DNA from: Phaeosaccion multiseriatum
Taxonomy: Eukaryota; Protista; Ochrophyta, other classes
DNA: 64,000 bases
Assembly (NCBI GenBank): GCA_965112735.1
Contig: OZ218955.1
Coordinates: 2,480,001 to 2,544,000 of the forward strand
Direction: 5' to 3'
Below, one piece after another: positions 12,197-25,691 of this stretch. Position numbers and translations under genes: made by a program. The notes beneath the pieces were generated by a model. The model was not told the origin of the DNA, made no database searches, and saw nothing but the letters and a program-made list of their open reading frames with translations. Every line of letters begins with the position of its first letter. Position 1 is the first letter of the stretch.

Positions 12197-13166
12197 CTAC
12201 TCTGGCGCACCCCGCCCGGCTATGTCCTCATAGGTCAGCTCCATCAGGCCCTCCTCCGTCACCACTCGACACTCCTTTCCATCTGCGCCGCCCCCGCCCG
12301 CCCCGCTGGTCCTGTCCTTCACAATCTTCTCTATATCCCACCCCTCGCTTCCACCCCCCCCCTCATCGAACCAGCCCAGGCGATCGGCCACCAGGTGCAG
12401 GTTGTCGCAGCCCGGACAGCGCACCAGCACCACGCCCTCCTCGTACGACTTCTTGCTGAAGGCCTTTGCCGCACGCGTGTTGCACACCTGCGCCGAGGGG
12501 AGGAGGGGCGGGGCAAGGCGGGAAGGAACGGGGTGGTGGTGGAGTGGGGAGAGGCGGGCGACACGCGTGGGAAGGAAATACGGACACACGCACGATAGAA
12601 GATAAATAACACCGATCGCACATTGTAGGACCACACGCACATGCAAGAGGGAGAGATAGAGCGGCCAAGAGAAGGAAAAGGCAAGAAAGAGAGGCATGGG
12701 GACCGGAGCAGCCGCCACACACCTTGCAGGTGAACACCATGACCATCTTGCCTCCCACAGGGTGCTGCACGCCCGGCACGTCTGCAAAGCCCTGCACCTC
12801 TCCCTCCGTGTCCATGGCGGCGGGGGTGTCTACTAATGCTCCACCTCCTCGGCCCTCCGACTCCCCTTCCGCAGACTTCTCTGTATGCAGCCCTCGCCAG
12901 GAGGTCACTTTACTGCCGCCGCAGCAGCTTCTTGAGGCCGCGAAGTCGGTTCCAACGGGCCGTGGAGCTCCGTATCTACGAGAGAGCAGACTCTGGCTTG
13001 TCCATGTCGAATGCCATCTGGAAGGCGGCGGCGGGACGATAGGGACCGGGGCTGCTGCCCCTGCTGCGGCTGTTACCACTACCCTGCCGCTCTTCAACCT
13101 CCGCCCCGCTGCTACTGTTGCTGCGGCGGAAGATCTCCGGGTGGAGCCGATTGCTCTTGTCCACAT
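12197..13166 (-). CDS. ZIM17: DNL-type zinc finger mitochondrial Hsp70 escort protein (Zim17/Tim15/Hep1)
   Basis: Mitochondrial-type presequence, then MVMVFTCK|VCNTRAAKAFSKKSYEEGVVLVRCPGCDNLHLVADRLGWF (zf-DNL signature). One intron at ~12489-12723. Confidence 0.93.
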
Positions 13167-13398
13167 TGTCCGTATAAGAGTAAGGACCCCCTTGTTGCAC
13201 ATCCACTGCCATCTGCTGCATCTCGACCCCCCAAGAATCCAGCGGGCTGCGTGGAAAATAAAAGCAGTCCCTGCATAAAGAGGACGGGTGCACTGCTTTG
13301 TCCCTGCTGAGTTTGCTCTCTCCTGGACGGAGAGGCGGTGGCCTACGGGAGGAAGGATCAAGGAGAAAGAAAGGGGACATTTTGGATATCTGTACCGG

Positions 13399-13572
13399 AT
13401 GCAGAGCAGAGAGCAGGGGTGAGTACGGCTGGGACATGGGAGAGGGAAGTATTAGCCACTTTTCCAAAATTTCCCCACCCTTCACGTCCTGCCCCTGTCC
13501 CCCAACTGCTTAGGGTGTACGTGGAGGAGGAGATGCTCCCGTTCGTAGTGAGCGCCGAAGGTGGAGAACCTT

Positions 13573-13611
<39 letters not shown>

Positions 13612-15639
13612 GGGGAGGAGTAGGGGCTGGAGATGGAGGGGGGGCGGGCGGGTTTGGGGTCGCCTTCGACGACGAGGGTGAGGGTGGGCTGGACGAGCTG
13701 GACGAGCGGACCTCGGAGGACTTGAAGCGGAAGCGGCGCCTTACCTCACTCAAGAGGAGAGTGCAGTCCTGCCCCGACCTCCAAGACTTGGGCTCGCCCT
13801 CGTACCAGGTGAGGCAGGCAGGAAGGCGGGTGGGGGGGAGGGAGGGAAACGGAGAGGGGAAGCGGAGACTGAGGGACAAAAGCTTCTGCCCCTCCCACCG
13901 TAGATAGGTAGGGCGGGCGTGCCGAGCTCTCTCAGCTGCCATCTGAATGTTGAGTATTGCTGTTCCCTTCCTCGTGCCTCCCCTGCCTTTGCCTTTGCGT
14001 CCATTCCACCCCACTCCATGGTGTAGCGACGCCGTCACGAGCAGCAGCTGGTGATACAACAGCAGCAGCAGCAGCAGTTTCTTCATGAGCCGCAGCTGCT
14101 GACTATGGAGGAGCAGGGATTCGCGACCTCTCAGCCGCTCTCACAGACTGCACCCCTCTCCAGCCACCCCTCCAGCCACTCGTTGCCCGACAGCAGAGGC
14201 ATGGTGAGGGGGAACCACAGCGCGAACGCCTTGCCCTGCCTCCCGCTGGCCGCCCCCCCCTGGGGACTCGCTGGCCAGCAGCAGCAGGGGCAGGGAGAAG
14301 AGCTTATACCGGAGGAGCAGCAATACCGACAAGACCAGCACGACATCTACCTCCAGCAGCAGCAGTTGGTGACACAGCAGCAGCAGCAGCAGCAGCAGTC
14401 CAGCCCCCATTTCAGGATGGGTGCTGCTGGGGGGACGGGCATGGTGAGCTCCACCTCCTTAACATCGCTGACAGGGTCTTCCCCGGGGGGCGAGGGAGGG
14501 GGTGGGAGTCGCCGCCGCAGGCAGCAGAAGGGGACGAAGGGCTCCTCCCGGAGGGCTGTGAAGGGCGGGAGAGGAGGGGGCTCGACCACACCCACGGGCA
14601 CGGGCACCAAGGCGAGCATCAAGAGTGCACTATCCTGCCCCAATATGTCCTCACTGCCCGGCTCCGGCGGCGGCACGCCCGAGGGGGGCAGCGCGGGGGG
14701 GGAGCCGCTTGAGGGAGAGCGGAGAGAGAGGAGGCTGGCCAGGAATCGAGTGTCGGCCCGGCTGAGACGGCAGAGGAAGAAGTGGCTGGTGAGACGGGCA
14801 AGCATTGGGGGGGGGGGGGGGGGTGCACTGCAGGCAGGGGCTGACCTGGGGGGGGGGCACGTGATGTGTTTCCACACAGGCAACCCCCTCCCTCTTTTTC
14901 AATTCTTCGGTTCTTCATTCCTCCGTCTTGTTCCGGCCCCTACCGCTGCTGCCCCTGCCGCTGCTGCTCACCTCTGCCCTTCCACAGGTCGAATCCTGCG
15001 AGGCGGACGTCGCCAAGCTGGAGAAGTCCCTCAGCATTCTCAAGCAGCACCGCTGGGGAGGCGGACAGGAGGCGGCGTCTGCTCTGGGCCAAGCAATGGG
15101 TTAGTAAAGTGCTTGGTGTCAAGGCTTAGCGCGGGGGAGGAGGGGGGAGGAAGAAGAGGTGTCGCGTTAGAAGCTCGTGAGGGACTGACTTGAGCAAGTC
15201 AGTAAGGGTCATGTCAATTGTCGTTTGCGTGCACTTCAAGCCGCTGCTGTCCCGCCCCTGATATGCCGTTCTCCGTCCCTCTTTGCATCCCTTGCTCCCC
15301 TCCCCCCTCCCTCCCCATGCATGTGTGTATATGTGTGTGCGTGTGTGCGTGGCCCGCAGTGGAGCGCTGCTTCAAGAGGCAGGCAGCGCAATGGGGCCCC
15401 TCCCTGGACCGGAGGAGGGACTTGCTCCTGTTGGCCCAGAGAGAGGGCATGGACCACGTGCTGGAGGTGGGTGGGTGTATGCGCCTGTGTGTGTGTGTGT
15501 GTTTGTTTGTTCGCGTGCGTGTGCTGCCCTCCCCCTTGCTCCCACATTTCCCCCACCAAGTCGCAGGAACGCTGCTGCCCTGAGGACTGCGCACGAGTAT
15601 CGTGTACACACACACACACACACATACACACACACACGC

Positions 15640-15689
<50 letters not shown>

Positions 15690-16322
15690 ACTCAACTCTC
15701 CCTTCTCCCCCCGCCCCGCCGCCCCAAGCAGGCGATGGCATGCAGTGCAGCATGGAGCCTCAGCCTCGGACATGTTGAAGTTGAAGGAGAGGACATGGGC
15801 ACCGCCCCGCAGCGGAGAGAGCTTCGTCGGCGGCGAGATGAAGAACTCCGCATGGGAGAGGGGGGGGGGGAGGAGGGGGAGAGGGTAGGGGAGATGGCGG
15901 GCGGCCGCCGCAGCCAGGAGGGGCAGGAGCAGGGAGAGGGGGGAGACGGGCGAGAGGGGCTGCAGGGCTTCGACCTCCTGCAGGCTCAAGTGCTGCGCAA
16001 GGTGGCGCGAGTCCTTCAGCAGCCGAGGTGGTACCAAAGTCCGCGCACGCAGGACTGCGGCAGGAGGATGCAGGACGTGCTTAGCGGGCCGCAGATGACC
16101 AAGTTTCTCGCCTGGGCAGAGGAGAGGAGTCGGAGCGGGGATGGCAAGGCGGAGGCGGAGGCAGAGATGGAGATGGAGCTGTTGGGGGGGGGGCTGTCTA
16201 TGGATATGGATGTGGGTGTGGATGCTGCTACGCTCTCACTGGGACAGGGTGGTCAAGGAGCTGCTGCCACTGCCGCTGCTTCTCCTTCCTCCTTTCTCTC
16301 CCCACGGGGAGGTGCCAGGTGA
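13399..16322 (+). CDS. bZIP transcription factor with Q/G-rich low-complexity regions (multi-exon)
   Basis: The first exon MQSREQG splices in frame to VYVEEE. The basic region ERRERRLARNRVSARLRRQRKKWL continues as VESCEADVAKLEKSLSILK (zipper) after an intron. Confidence 0.8.
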
Positions 16323-16522
16323 TGGGCGGCAGATGTGAAGCTGGTGATTCAAGCCTCACAGAGGGCGAGGGCGAGAAGCGGAGCAGGGCGCCAAAAGGGA
16401 GACAAACACAGCAGTGAGCAGCACAGGGCTCAACTCCCTTCCTCGATGTACAGTTAGTTGCTTTCTATGAATTTGTTAGTAATTTGAGTTTTTTTGCCAG
16501 ACGTATCTGCTCTACGTGTTTG

Positions 16523-19500
16523 TTATATCGTGCTCTCGAACTCGTGCTGAGGCAGTGGCTCCATCCCCTCCTCGTCCTTGCCCTTGTTGCTGCCCTCTGC
16601 TGGGTAGCGCCTCCTCAGCAGCACCAAGATGGCAACGGTCCACGCCACCCCCAATGCCGAGCCTCCGAGGATGCCCACGAAGGTCAGCGAGGACAGGCCC
16701 CACACCCCGCCGCTATCCATCACGCCGTCGCTGTTGCTGTCGCTACTGCTGCTGCTGCTGCCGCCGCCGCCGCCCCCTCCCGAAGCAGAACCCTCCCCAA
16801 AGCCGCGCAGGTCATCGCTGGCCTGCCCCTGCCCCTGCTGCTGCTCCTCCTCCTCCTGCTGCTGCGATGCCTGCTGTCCCTGCCCAGCCGTCCCCTCGGG
16901 CGCGAAGGCCGACACCTCAGGGCGCTCCTCGGCCCTGCACATGACCAAATTGTCCCTCAGCCCCTCCATGATGGCCGTGGCCGCCTCCTCCTCCTCTTCG
17001 GCAGTGGCAGCGGCAGGCAGCGCCAGCAGAGGAGAGTCCGCTCCAGTCAGATACTTCGACAGGTACTCGGTGCCCCCCTCGGTGGTGTAGCAGGCGCGGC
17101 ACTGCGGGTCCCTCCCGAAGGGGTCGCAGTGGGCGTTGTGAGGAAGCACGTCGGTGTTGGAGTCGTCCAACACAAGGATGCCCACACAGGTGGGGTCGCA
17201 CATGAGGCCCCGCGAATCCTCGGCGAGGTAGGCAAGGTCGGTGGGCAGGATGCCGTCGTAGCAGTCGCTGTCCACCGCACACGTAGTCGACTCGGACGCT
17301 GACTCGGTCTCTACCTCTGCCTCGGTCTCTGGCTCCGTCTCGGGGGCGAGGGCGGCGTTGTTGGACCCAGGGGATGTGGCTTGAGCTGCATCATCCTTCG
17401 CGTCCTTGCCATCATCATCCTTCGCTGCTTCTTCCATCGCTTCTTCGACGGGCGGGAGGGTGGGAGGGGGCGTCACCAACGCACTTGGAGCGGAGGTTGG
17501 TGCAGGGGCGGTGGCGAGGAGGGGCTGGGTAGGGGTGGGGGTAGGGGTGGGGGTGGGGGGGGGGGTCGAGGTCGAGGTCGAGGTCGAGGTAGTGGGTGTA
17601 GGGGTGGGGGTTGGGGTGGGTGGCTGGGTGGGGGTCTGTGTAGAGGCGGGAGTGGGCACCACGGTAGAGGCGGAGTCCGAGGAGGCCGGGCAGGGCAGCT
17701 GCGCCACGAGAGAGTCCCCACTGATGCTATACCCGCCGCAGAACCTGGGGGGAGGTGATGGGGGGGTTGAGAAGGAAGATCAGTATTGCACGAGCCCACA
17801 AGAGGGAAAGGACGAGCGCAGCACAAACAGGGCGACAACAACGACGCTGTTGTACATGCCGAACACGCCAGGGGCAAGAGCTCTCTGTCTCTCTGTCTCT
17901 CTCTCCGTCTCTCTGTCTCTCTGTCTCTCTGTCCCTCCACCCGCCCCCTCCCTCCCTTACCTGCACTCCTGGTCGCCGAGGGCCCCGCAGTCGATGCCGC
18001 TGCAGTCTACATCGAGGTAGCAGGGCTTCAGAGGGTCCAGCAAGGAACAGCCTAGGGCACACAGGTCCACTACCGCGCTGCCAGAGGCAGGGGCGACAGC
18101 CGGAGTCGGGGCCGCGGTGGGGGCGGTGGACACGGCTGTCGGAGGGGCAGAGGGTAAAGCCGTCGGGGGAGGCGAGGGCTCAGACGTGGGCGCGGCACTA
18201 GGCACAGCCGTGGGTGGGAGCGTGGGTACAGCTGTCGGGGGGGGCGTAGGCACAGCCGTCGGGGGAGGCGTAGGTATTGGGGTCGGTGGGGCAGTGGGTA
18301 CAGCCGTCGGTGGGGAGGTGGGCTCAGCCGTTGGTGGAGAGGTGGGCTCAGCCGTTGGTGGAGAGGTGGGCTCAGCCGTTGGTGGGGCAGTGGGTACAGC
18401 CGTTGGTGGAGCAGTGGGTACAGCCGTTGGTGGGGCAGTGGGTACAGCCGTCGGTGGAGAGGTGGGTACAGCCGTCGGTGGGGCCGTAGGCAGAGGCGTC
18501 GGGGGAGGCGTGGGGGCTGCCGTTGGGGGGACAGTGGGGGCTGCACAGAGGAGGGCAGAGGCAGGGCAGAGTCGGTAGGACAGCGCGGCGGGGGGCGGGA
18601 GAGGCGGAGGAGGGAGCTTCAGCGAACGAGTCTGCAACTGAGGCAGCAAGTTGTCGTGGGGCCACCTCGCAAGAAAGCGGAGCACGTGGGCGTACAGCCA
18701 CAACAAGACCCGGGGCTGCAGTGAAGAGAAGAGACAGACAGACACTACCCACCTGCAGTTGGAGCGGGCGTGGGGGAAGGGGTGGGTGGGTCATCGAAGG
18801 GACAGTCAGGCTGCGCTATGCTGTACTCGTTGCCGCCGATGGTCACAGTCGTGGTCTTGCTGCAGTATCTGGGAAGGAGGAAGTAGAGGAGGGGAGGGCC
18901 GTCAAAGAGCTGAGCACGCGCCATGATGATCCGATCCGATAATTGGTGTCTGTCACTCACTTGCAGCTCTGATCCTCGATGGTGACGCAGTGCACTCCGG
19001 AGCAGTCCTCCTTGTTGGAGCACGGCCTGTCGGGGTCGAGCGTGGTGCAGTACAGAGAGCAGAGATCGTACATCTCGATGTCGAGGAGGTCGCGTTCTCT
19101 TCTCGGGTGGAGGGAGGGCTTGGGGGGAGGAGGGGCGGCAACTGGTGTTGGGGATGCGGTGGGTTGGGCGGTCGTGTCGGGGCCGGGGCAATCGACTTGG
19201 GCAACGGTCGTGGAGAAGGTGGTTTCTTGGGAGTAGCCACCGCAGTACCTTACGGGGAGGTAAGAGACACAAACGCAAGACGAGAGAGAAGCCAGAGGGC
19301 AAGAGGCGGGAGAAGAGCAGCGGGGGGTTGGCCATAGGGCATACAGTAAGAAAGGCGTGGAGCCCATTACGCGGACGGAAAGAGGCGGATAGGAAGCAAG
19401 GCAAAGGCTGAACAGGGGTTGGTCTCGACTCTCCTCCTACGTACCTGCAGTCCTGCTCTCCCAGAGCGCCACAATCCCCCCCTGTGCAGCCAATGTCTGT

Positions 19501-19662
19501 GAAGCACGGCTCAGTGGGGTCCACCATAGCGCAGGCCTCTGCACAAAGGTCGCTGCCCGCAGAGGTCAAGAGCGAAGAAGGGCGTACAAAAGCCGCCGTA
19601 AAGGCGAGGAATATGAGTAAGGGGAGGCCCCAGCCGCCGCCGCCGCACTCTGGTGCAGGCAT
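16523..19662 (-). CDS. Type I cell-surface protein with Cys-rich modules, Pro/Thr (PTAVPTAP) stalks and a C-terminal TM helix
   Basis: Signal-like N-terminus (WGLPLLIFLAFTAAFV), three C-x-PC-x-D-x-C-x-G-x-C-G-x-CR modules, PT repeats, and TM segment LTFVGILGGSALGVAWTVAILVLL followed by RRR. Confidence 0.75.
18200..18530 (-). repeat. 24-bp tandem coding repeat (PTAVPTAP/PTAEPTSP)
   Basis: About 13 imperfect units of the type gtgggtacagccgttggtggggca. Confidence 0.9.
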
Positions 19663-20271
19663 GATGGAACAGTCTCTTCCCGCCCTCTTCTCCTTCTCTT
19701 TTCTCCCCCTTGCGACTTTCTCCTCCTTCTCGTCCTCTGATGAAGGAGGATTCCATGTTGCCCCAAGCCGTAGACAGTTTCTCTCTCTCGCGGATTAGAT
19801 CCAGTATCATATAAGTCAGCCGGAAGTTATTATAAGCGCCGGAATCGAAGGGGGATATTGAAGGGCAACATCAGCCAGCCATCTGCACGTGTTGGTGCGC
19901 AGTCTTCACAGATGACGGTCGATCTCACCTGGCTCCCCATCACATCACCTTCAAAACAGCCTTTGCTTCGGTGAGTACCCTTCATCTGGCTGATACGCAG
20001 AGTAGAGTGATGGAAAGGGCTCGTAGCGGGCTGTAGATACTAGTGTTTTACCGCGAACTTAAGGGGGGAAGAATGAATGTTCTGCCTTCTTCCACGCGTA
20101 ATCCATCCTCAATACAGATAGAAAGAACACACCGATACACCATAGAGTCCCATCACTCAATCCATACGCTGAACTTTTCCCCTGTCCGATTCCCTCTCCC
20201 GTCTCTCCCCCCCTCTCTCCCCAGCCTTTTATATGCTCGACACGCTTCTCTTTTTCCTCTCCGAACACAGC

Positions 20272-20730
20272 ATGAAGATCTCCGCCCTTTTCGCCTTCCT
20301 TGTGTCCTTCGCGTTCCTCTTTGTGGGGGGCAGCGCCGGCACTAGTCCCGAGGGCCTCAAGTTCTTGGAGCAGAACGCCCAGAAGGAGGGAGTGAAGGTT
20401 ACTGCCAGGTGAGGAAGGGGGCGAGCGGAGCAGTGTGCACGTGTCGCGATGCGAGGGACCGGAATACCCACGGCGACATTGAATGCTGACATCCATCTCT
20501 TCTCTCACGCTCCTCTCCTTGCCGTATGTGCCCTTGCCTCCTCCATGGCCTGACCGCCGCTATGCTTCTTGGTGCTGCCGGCGATCCTCAGCGGCCTGCA
20601 ATACAAGTGAGTGTGCGTGGGCGTGGGCGTGGGCAAGTCGGCACGGTCCCCCGGTAGCGGAATTGGAGGAGACTTACGATCCAGAAAGAACTTTCTATGC
20701 CTCGCGCCTCCTCGAAGTCTTGTGTGTGTG

Positions 20731-20767
<37 letters not shown>

Positions 20768-21906
20768 GTCCGACGGCAGGACACCCTGAGGGGCCTGCTG
20801 AAGGCGCTCCAAAAGAGCACACAAGCACCCACCCTCATTTCGGAGACTTCCAAGTAGTCTTATATCGGCACCGAGAAAGTGTCAGGCACACTCAAGGCCT
20901 CTTGCTCAATCTTTCCAATCCTCCCTCCTTCCCCCTCGTTCTCCCTCTCTCAACTAACTTGTTGCCAGGATTATTGAGTCAGGGCCAGCAGGGGGCAAGT
21001 CTCCGGCCATCAACACGCCGACCGAGTGCCACTACAAGGGAACCACCATCGAGGGCGTCGAGTTCGACTCGAGCTTCAAGAGGGGAAAGCCCACCACTTT
21101 CGCGCCCAACCAGGTAGATACTTTTAGGAGACTCACCCATCAAAGAACACAAGGGCTTCTACCAGGGGATCATTGCGCGCGACACTGACCCGCGCGTATG
21201 TATATGTACGTGTATGTGTATGCTGTCGGGCTGACTCTACCACTACGGGCAAGCAGGTGATCAAGGGCTGGACGGAGGCCATGCAGCTCATGAAGGAGGG
21301 AGACACATGGGAGCTCTACATCCCCAGTGGTGAGTGAGTGAGTGAGTGAGTGAGTGGTGAGTGAGTGGTGAGTGAGTGGTGAGTGAGTGAGTGAGTGTGT
21401 GAGTGTGTGAGTGAGTGAGTGAGTGGTGAGTGTGTGTGTGAAGGAGTGAGTGAGTGGTGAGTGAGTGCTCTCCAGCGCGGCGCTCCCGGCCCGCCTGACT
21501 GATTGCTTTATTTCTAGCTTGCCTTTATGGCCTTGCCTGCTGGCCTTTCCTTGATGGCCTTTCCTTGATGGCCTTGCTTGTCCTACTTGCTTGCTGGTAC
21601 TTGACTCGCTCGGTGCTCTTGTTGCCTCTGTTCTGCCCCTCTTCATTCCGAGGCGATCAAAAGGGCACCCCCCCGGCCCTAGAGACACAAGCACACACCC
21701 CTCTCAAGCCTTCACTTGACTCTTGCCTGACCCCGCAACCCCTCCCCATACGCTCACACTAGCGCTGCCTCGTCACACCCCCCCTTGCCACAGAGCTTGC
21801 CTACGGAGACCGACAGACGGGACAGCACATCACGCCAGGCGCCGTGCTCATCTTCACACTGCAGATGATCAACGTCAAGGGGCCCGGCGCACAGGGCGAG
21901 TTGTAG
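20272..21906 (+). CDS. Secreted/ER FKBP-type peptidyl-prolyl isomerase with FKBP_N (Mip/FkpA-like) segment
   Basis: Signal peptide [23 protein letters not shown], then [16 protein letters not shown]|GLQYK|IIESG...[15 protein letters not shown]...|[24 protein letters not shown]|ELAYG...LIFTLQMI. Ends in QGEL*. Five exons. Confidence 0.95.
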
Positions 21907-22510
21907 AGGGAAGGACAGAAGGGACTGACTGCAGAGGACCGAGAGGTGTGCGGGTGGTGTTCCCTCTTGTTTGGAAGAGCCCTGGGAGGGAGAGGCAGGA
22001 CAAGACGCCGCCCATTGAGAGCGGTGCGAGAGGTGTCCCCTCTGGTTTGGAGCTGCGCGTATTTGGGTGAGACTCTGTTTGTCATTTGTTTTCACTGAAG
22101 CAGCCATATATATCACATAAAAATACAAAGTGAAATAACATCTCAACCCTCCTGGCCAGCAACTCACTCGGCTGGCCTGGGCGCAATATACATCTGCCCC
22201 CCCTGGAAGCTTGCATCCGGCGACTCCCTGTTCTCCGGAGGTCAATACCCCCTCCGCACCCCCCATCAATACTCTGCTGTGGACGCAGGCGACCAACCCA
22301 ACCGTCGACACATAAAGTCGATGACTGCTGTCGCTGCCTCTCACGTCTCTTTGTACACAATACCAGTACCCATATACCCGTGTATCACGCCCCCCTTGGG
22401 CTTCTTCTCCTGGCACCCCTCGCCCCGCTTCAAGCAGTGCCGCCCCCCCCGGGTGTCGCCGCCCGCGAGTGTGTCAATGCCCTGCCGCTGTCATGGTCTC
22501 TCTCTCCCTC

Positions 22511-25451
22511 TTATCCCTCCCCCTGCTCTTCTCTCCTCCTCTCCTTCTTCCTCTTCTTCTCCTTCTTCCTCTCCTTCCTCTGGCCTTGGGCTTGATTGGG
22601 CTTGCCGAAGCACACTTGCCCCTCCACCTCCGCATCCACTTCGGCGGCTTCAGCTGCCGGCGCTGCCTTCTCTCTCTTCTTCTTGCTGCTGCTGCTGCTG
22701 CTGCTGCTGCTGTGCTTCGTGTCCCGCCACCCTTCCTCCTTGTCCTCCTTCTCTTCACCCTCCTTGTTCTCCTTCTCTTCGCCCTCCTTGTCCTCCTTCT
22801 CTTCACCCACCCTTCGCCGAGGCTGAGCTTCAAACGGACCGCTGTGCTCAAAAAATCCCCCCACCCAGGGCTCAGAGGCTGCTGATACCTCTGAAGACAG
22901 TGCTCCTGTAGCTGCCACTACTGCTGCACCACCTCCTCCTCCTCCTCTTCCTCCCCCTCCTCCTCCTGGTGCGCAATACGACTGGAAGAAACTGGTGCTG
23001 CTGTCCATATGACTACTGCTGCTGCCGTAGCGGCTGCTGTTGCTTCTGCTGCTGCCTGCAGTGTTGGGGGGAGCCACCTTCGGGACGCTCGCTGCGCCCT
23101 CAAAGATGCTGCTCCCACCTCCACCCTCCTGCCGCCGCCGCTTCTGCTGCTGCTGCTGCTGCTGCCGCTGCTGCTGCTGCCGCTGCTGCTGTGCCTGGCC
23201 GGGCCTGTCTAACATACGCAACATGTCCTTGACACTACCGCTGACCCGTGCCGTCTCCTCGGGCCGCTCAAAGCGGTGCCTTAGCTGGAACTTCTCGTGG
23301 CAGTGGCAGGTGCAGAGGGAGCTGAGCGGGATGGGGTGGAAAGAGGAGGCGAGGCAAGGCAAGGCAAGGCAAGGGACGGGAGCTTAGCGGCAATGAACGC
23401 TCCGGGAACGGTTCGACTTTTCTATCTTGTTTGTGCGCACGTGTGTGTGTGTGCGTGTATGTGTGCGTGTGTCTGCATGGGTGAACGTGTGTGTACATGT
23501 GTCCCACCCCCCCCCTCCAACGTACCAACGCGAGCACGTGACGCATTCTCCGTAGGGGTTGTCTTCCTTGCACTGCTCACACTCCGTGCCCCCCGCCCCG
23601 CCCCCGCCCTTGGCCTTAGGCAGGCGCGTGAGTCTCGGAGTTACATGCGTCCTGTGTGTCATTGGGCCTGTCCCGAGGGGGAGTGTCTCTTTGCCGCCCC
23701 CCTCCCCGCCGGGAGCCCCCTCAGACGTGTCCGCAGCAGGCGCCAAGTGAGAGGCAAAGCGCCTGCCCAGGGGTAGAGGGTGGGGCGGTGTGGAAGGAGG
23801 GGGAGTGGCGGTGAGAACAAGAGGTAAGAGAAGGAGGAAGGAAGGGGTGATAACAAGAGGTAAGGAGGAAGGAAGGGGTGATAACAAGAGGTAAGAGAAG
23901 GAGGAAGGAAGGGATGAGAGGCGTGGTGGGGTGGGGCGATGGTGGGGCTGTTAGCAGAGGCTTTTTGTGTGCACAGGCAGGCTCAGTCTGAGTGGGTGGT
24001 TATCAGCGGAACGCACACACACACACGCACGCACGCACACACACAAGGCCGACAGAGAGAACACACAGAGAGCATGTGCCGTGCTGTGCTGTATCACCAA
24101 CTGGTGTGCTGCGCTGCACGAGTGTCCACACATACCCGGCGGCGAAGCACTCGAGGCACGTGTTGAAGTCCTCGTCGAGCAAGTCGTCGCAGCCCATGCA
24201 GTGACGGTACGTGTTGTGCAGCTCCGCCCTGGGCAGGCAGGGAGGGAGGGAGGGAGGGAGGGAGAGGGGGGGTAAAGCAACGGTCAGGGGCAAGCCATCC
24301 ATCCTATCGTGCTTTCCCTCCACTCCAGCGTGTTGTCTCCAGGGGGGCACGCACGCACGCACGCACACGGACACACGCTTACACGCTTGTATCTCACCTG
24401 CAGATGCGGCACTTGAATCCGTCGCCGGAGAAGGGGTTGACTCTCCGCAGATGCGGTGCCACGAGAGTGTCCACCACCGCGTTGCCAACTGTGGCGGCCT
24501 TGCCCGTGTGCCTGCCCTTCTTACCCCGCTTCTTAGCCGCCTGCTGCTGCGCCTTCTCCTCTGCTGTGAGCAACTCAGATGGCAGCTCAGATGACAGCAG
24601 AGGCGCTATGGCTCGAAGCATGCGGCCCATCGCCGGCTCCTTCGCTGCTCTAGGGTCTGTCCCTGCTCCTGCCCCTGCCCCTGCCCCTGTCTGAGGCCCT
24701 GACCATGGCACTGACCCTGACCATGGCACTGCCCCTGACCACCGCGCCGTCGAGTGCTGCTCTGTCTGCTTGCCCGGCCTGACACTGGCACTCTCACCGG
24801 CATCAGCAGCAGTTGGTGATACAGCAACAGCAGCAGCGGGGAGGTCTTGCAGCTCGTCCCCTCCCCGTCCCCAGGCTCCGTGGAAGATGACGCCCCTTGC
24901 CGCTTCCTCCTTGTCGTCCTCAAGCGGACAGCGCGTGCCCCGCATGACTGCTGAGAGCGCCACCCGAGCGGCGTTGTGCACCGCAATCTTGGCCGCTCCG
25001 AGAGATTCCGTGGGCACTGCGCTGCCGCTGTTGAGGGCCTGCCGGTCAAGTGAGGTTGACAGTTCCGCCGTGCCGCCTGCGTACAGGAGGGAGGGGAGGG
25101 GAGGTGGGGGAGAGGAGGAGACAGAGAGATTGGGGACAAGATGGGAGGGAATGGAGGAGGAGGGGGGGGGGGGGGTGATGTGCGTGCGTGGATTGCATGG
25201 CAAGACAGTGAGAGGAAAGGAGTGAGAGGAACAAGGGGCGAGCAATCGAGGCGAGCAAGCGAGGAGAGGAGAAGGGCACCTTGCATCCATCTTCGCTTCT
25301 CTTGGCCCGAGCAGCCGGCAGCCCCATGCAACAGAGAAGGGCCAATCTTCTTCTCCCAATACGACCCTCCCTCCTCCCTCTCCTCTCTCACCTTTGTCGC
25401 TGACCCCTTGGAAGATCCAATCCCACGCAACCGACACGCACACACTTGCAC

Positions 25452-25482
<31 letters not shown>

Positions 25483-25653
25483 TTGCTGCTGCTGCTGTTG
25501 CTGCTGCTGCTGTTGCTGCTGCTGCTGCCAGTGTCTGCCAGCGGCCTTGGGGCCGGAGCGGTGGCCTGTGAGACTGTACCGCTCACCCTTGATCACCACG
25601 ACTTGCTCGGCTTCATCGGTCTCGGTGTGGCCGTCATCGTCATCCTCGCTACC

Positions 25654-25691
<38 letters not shown>

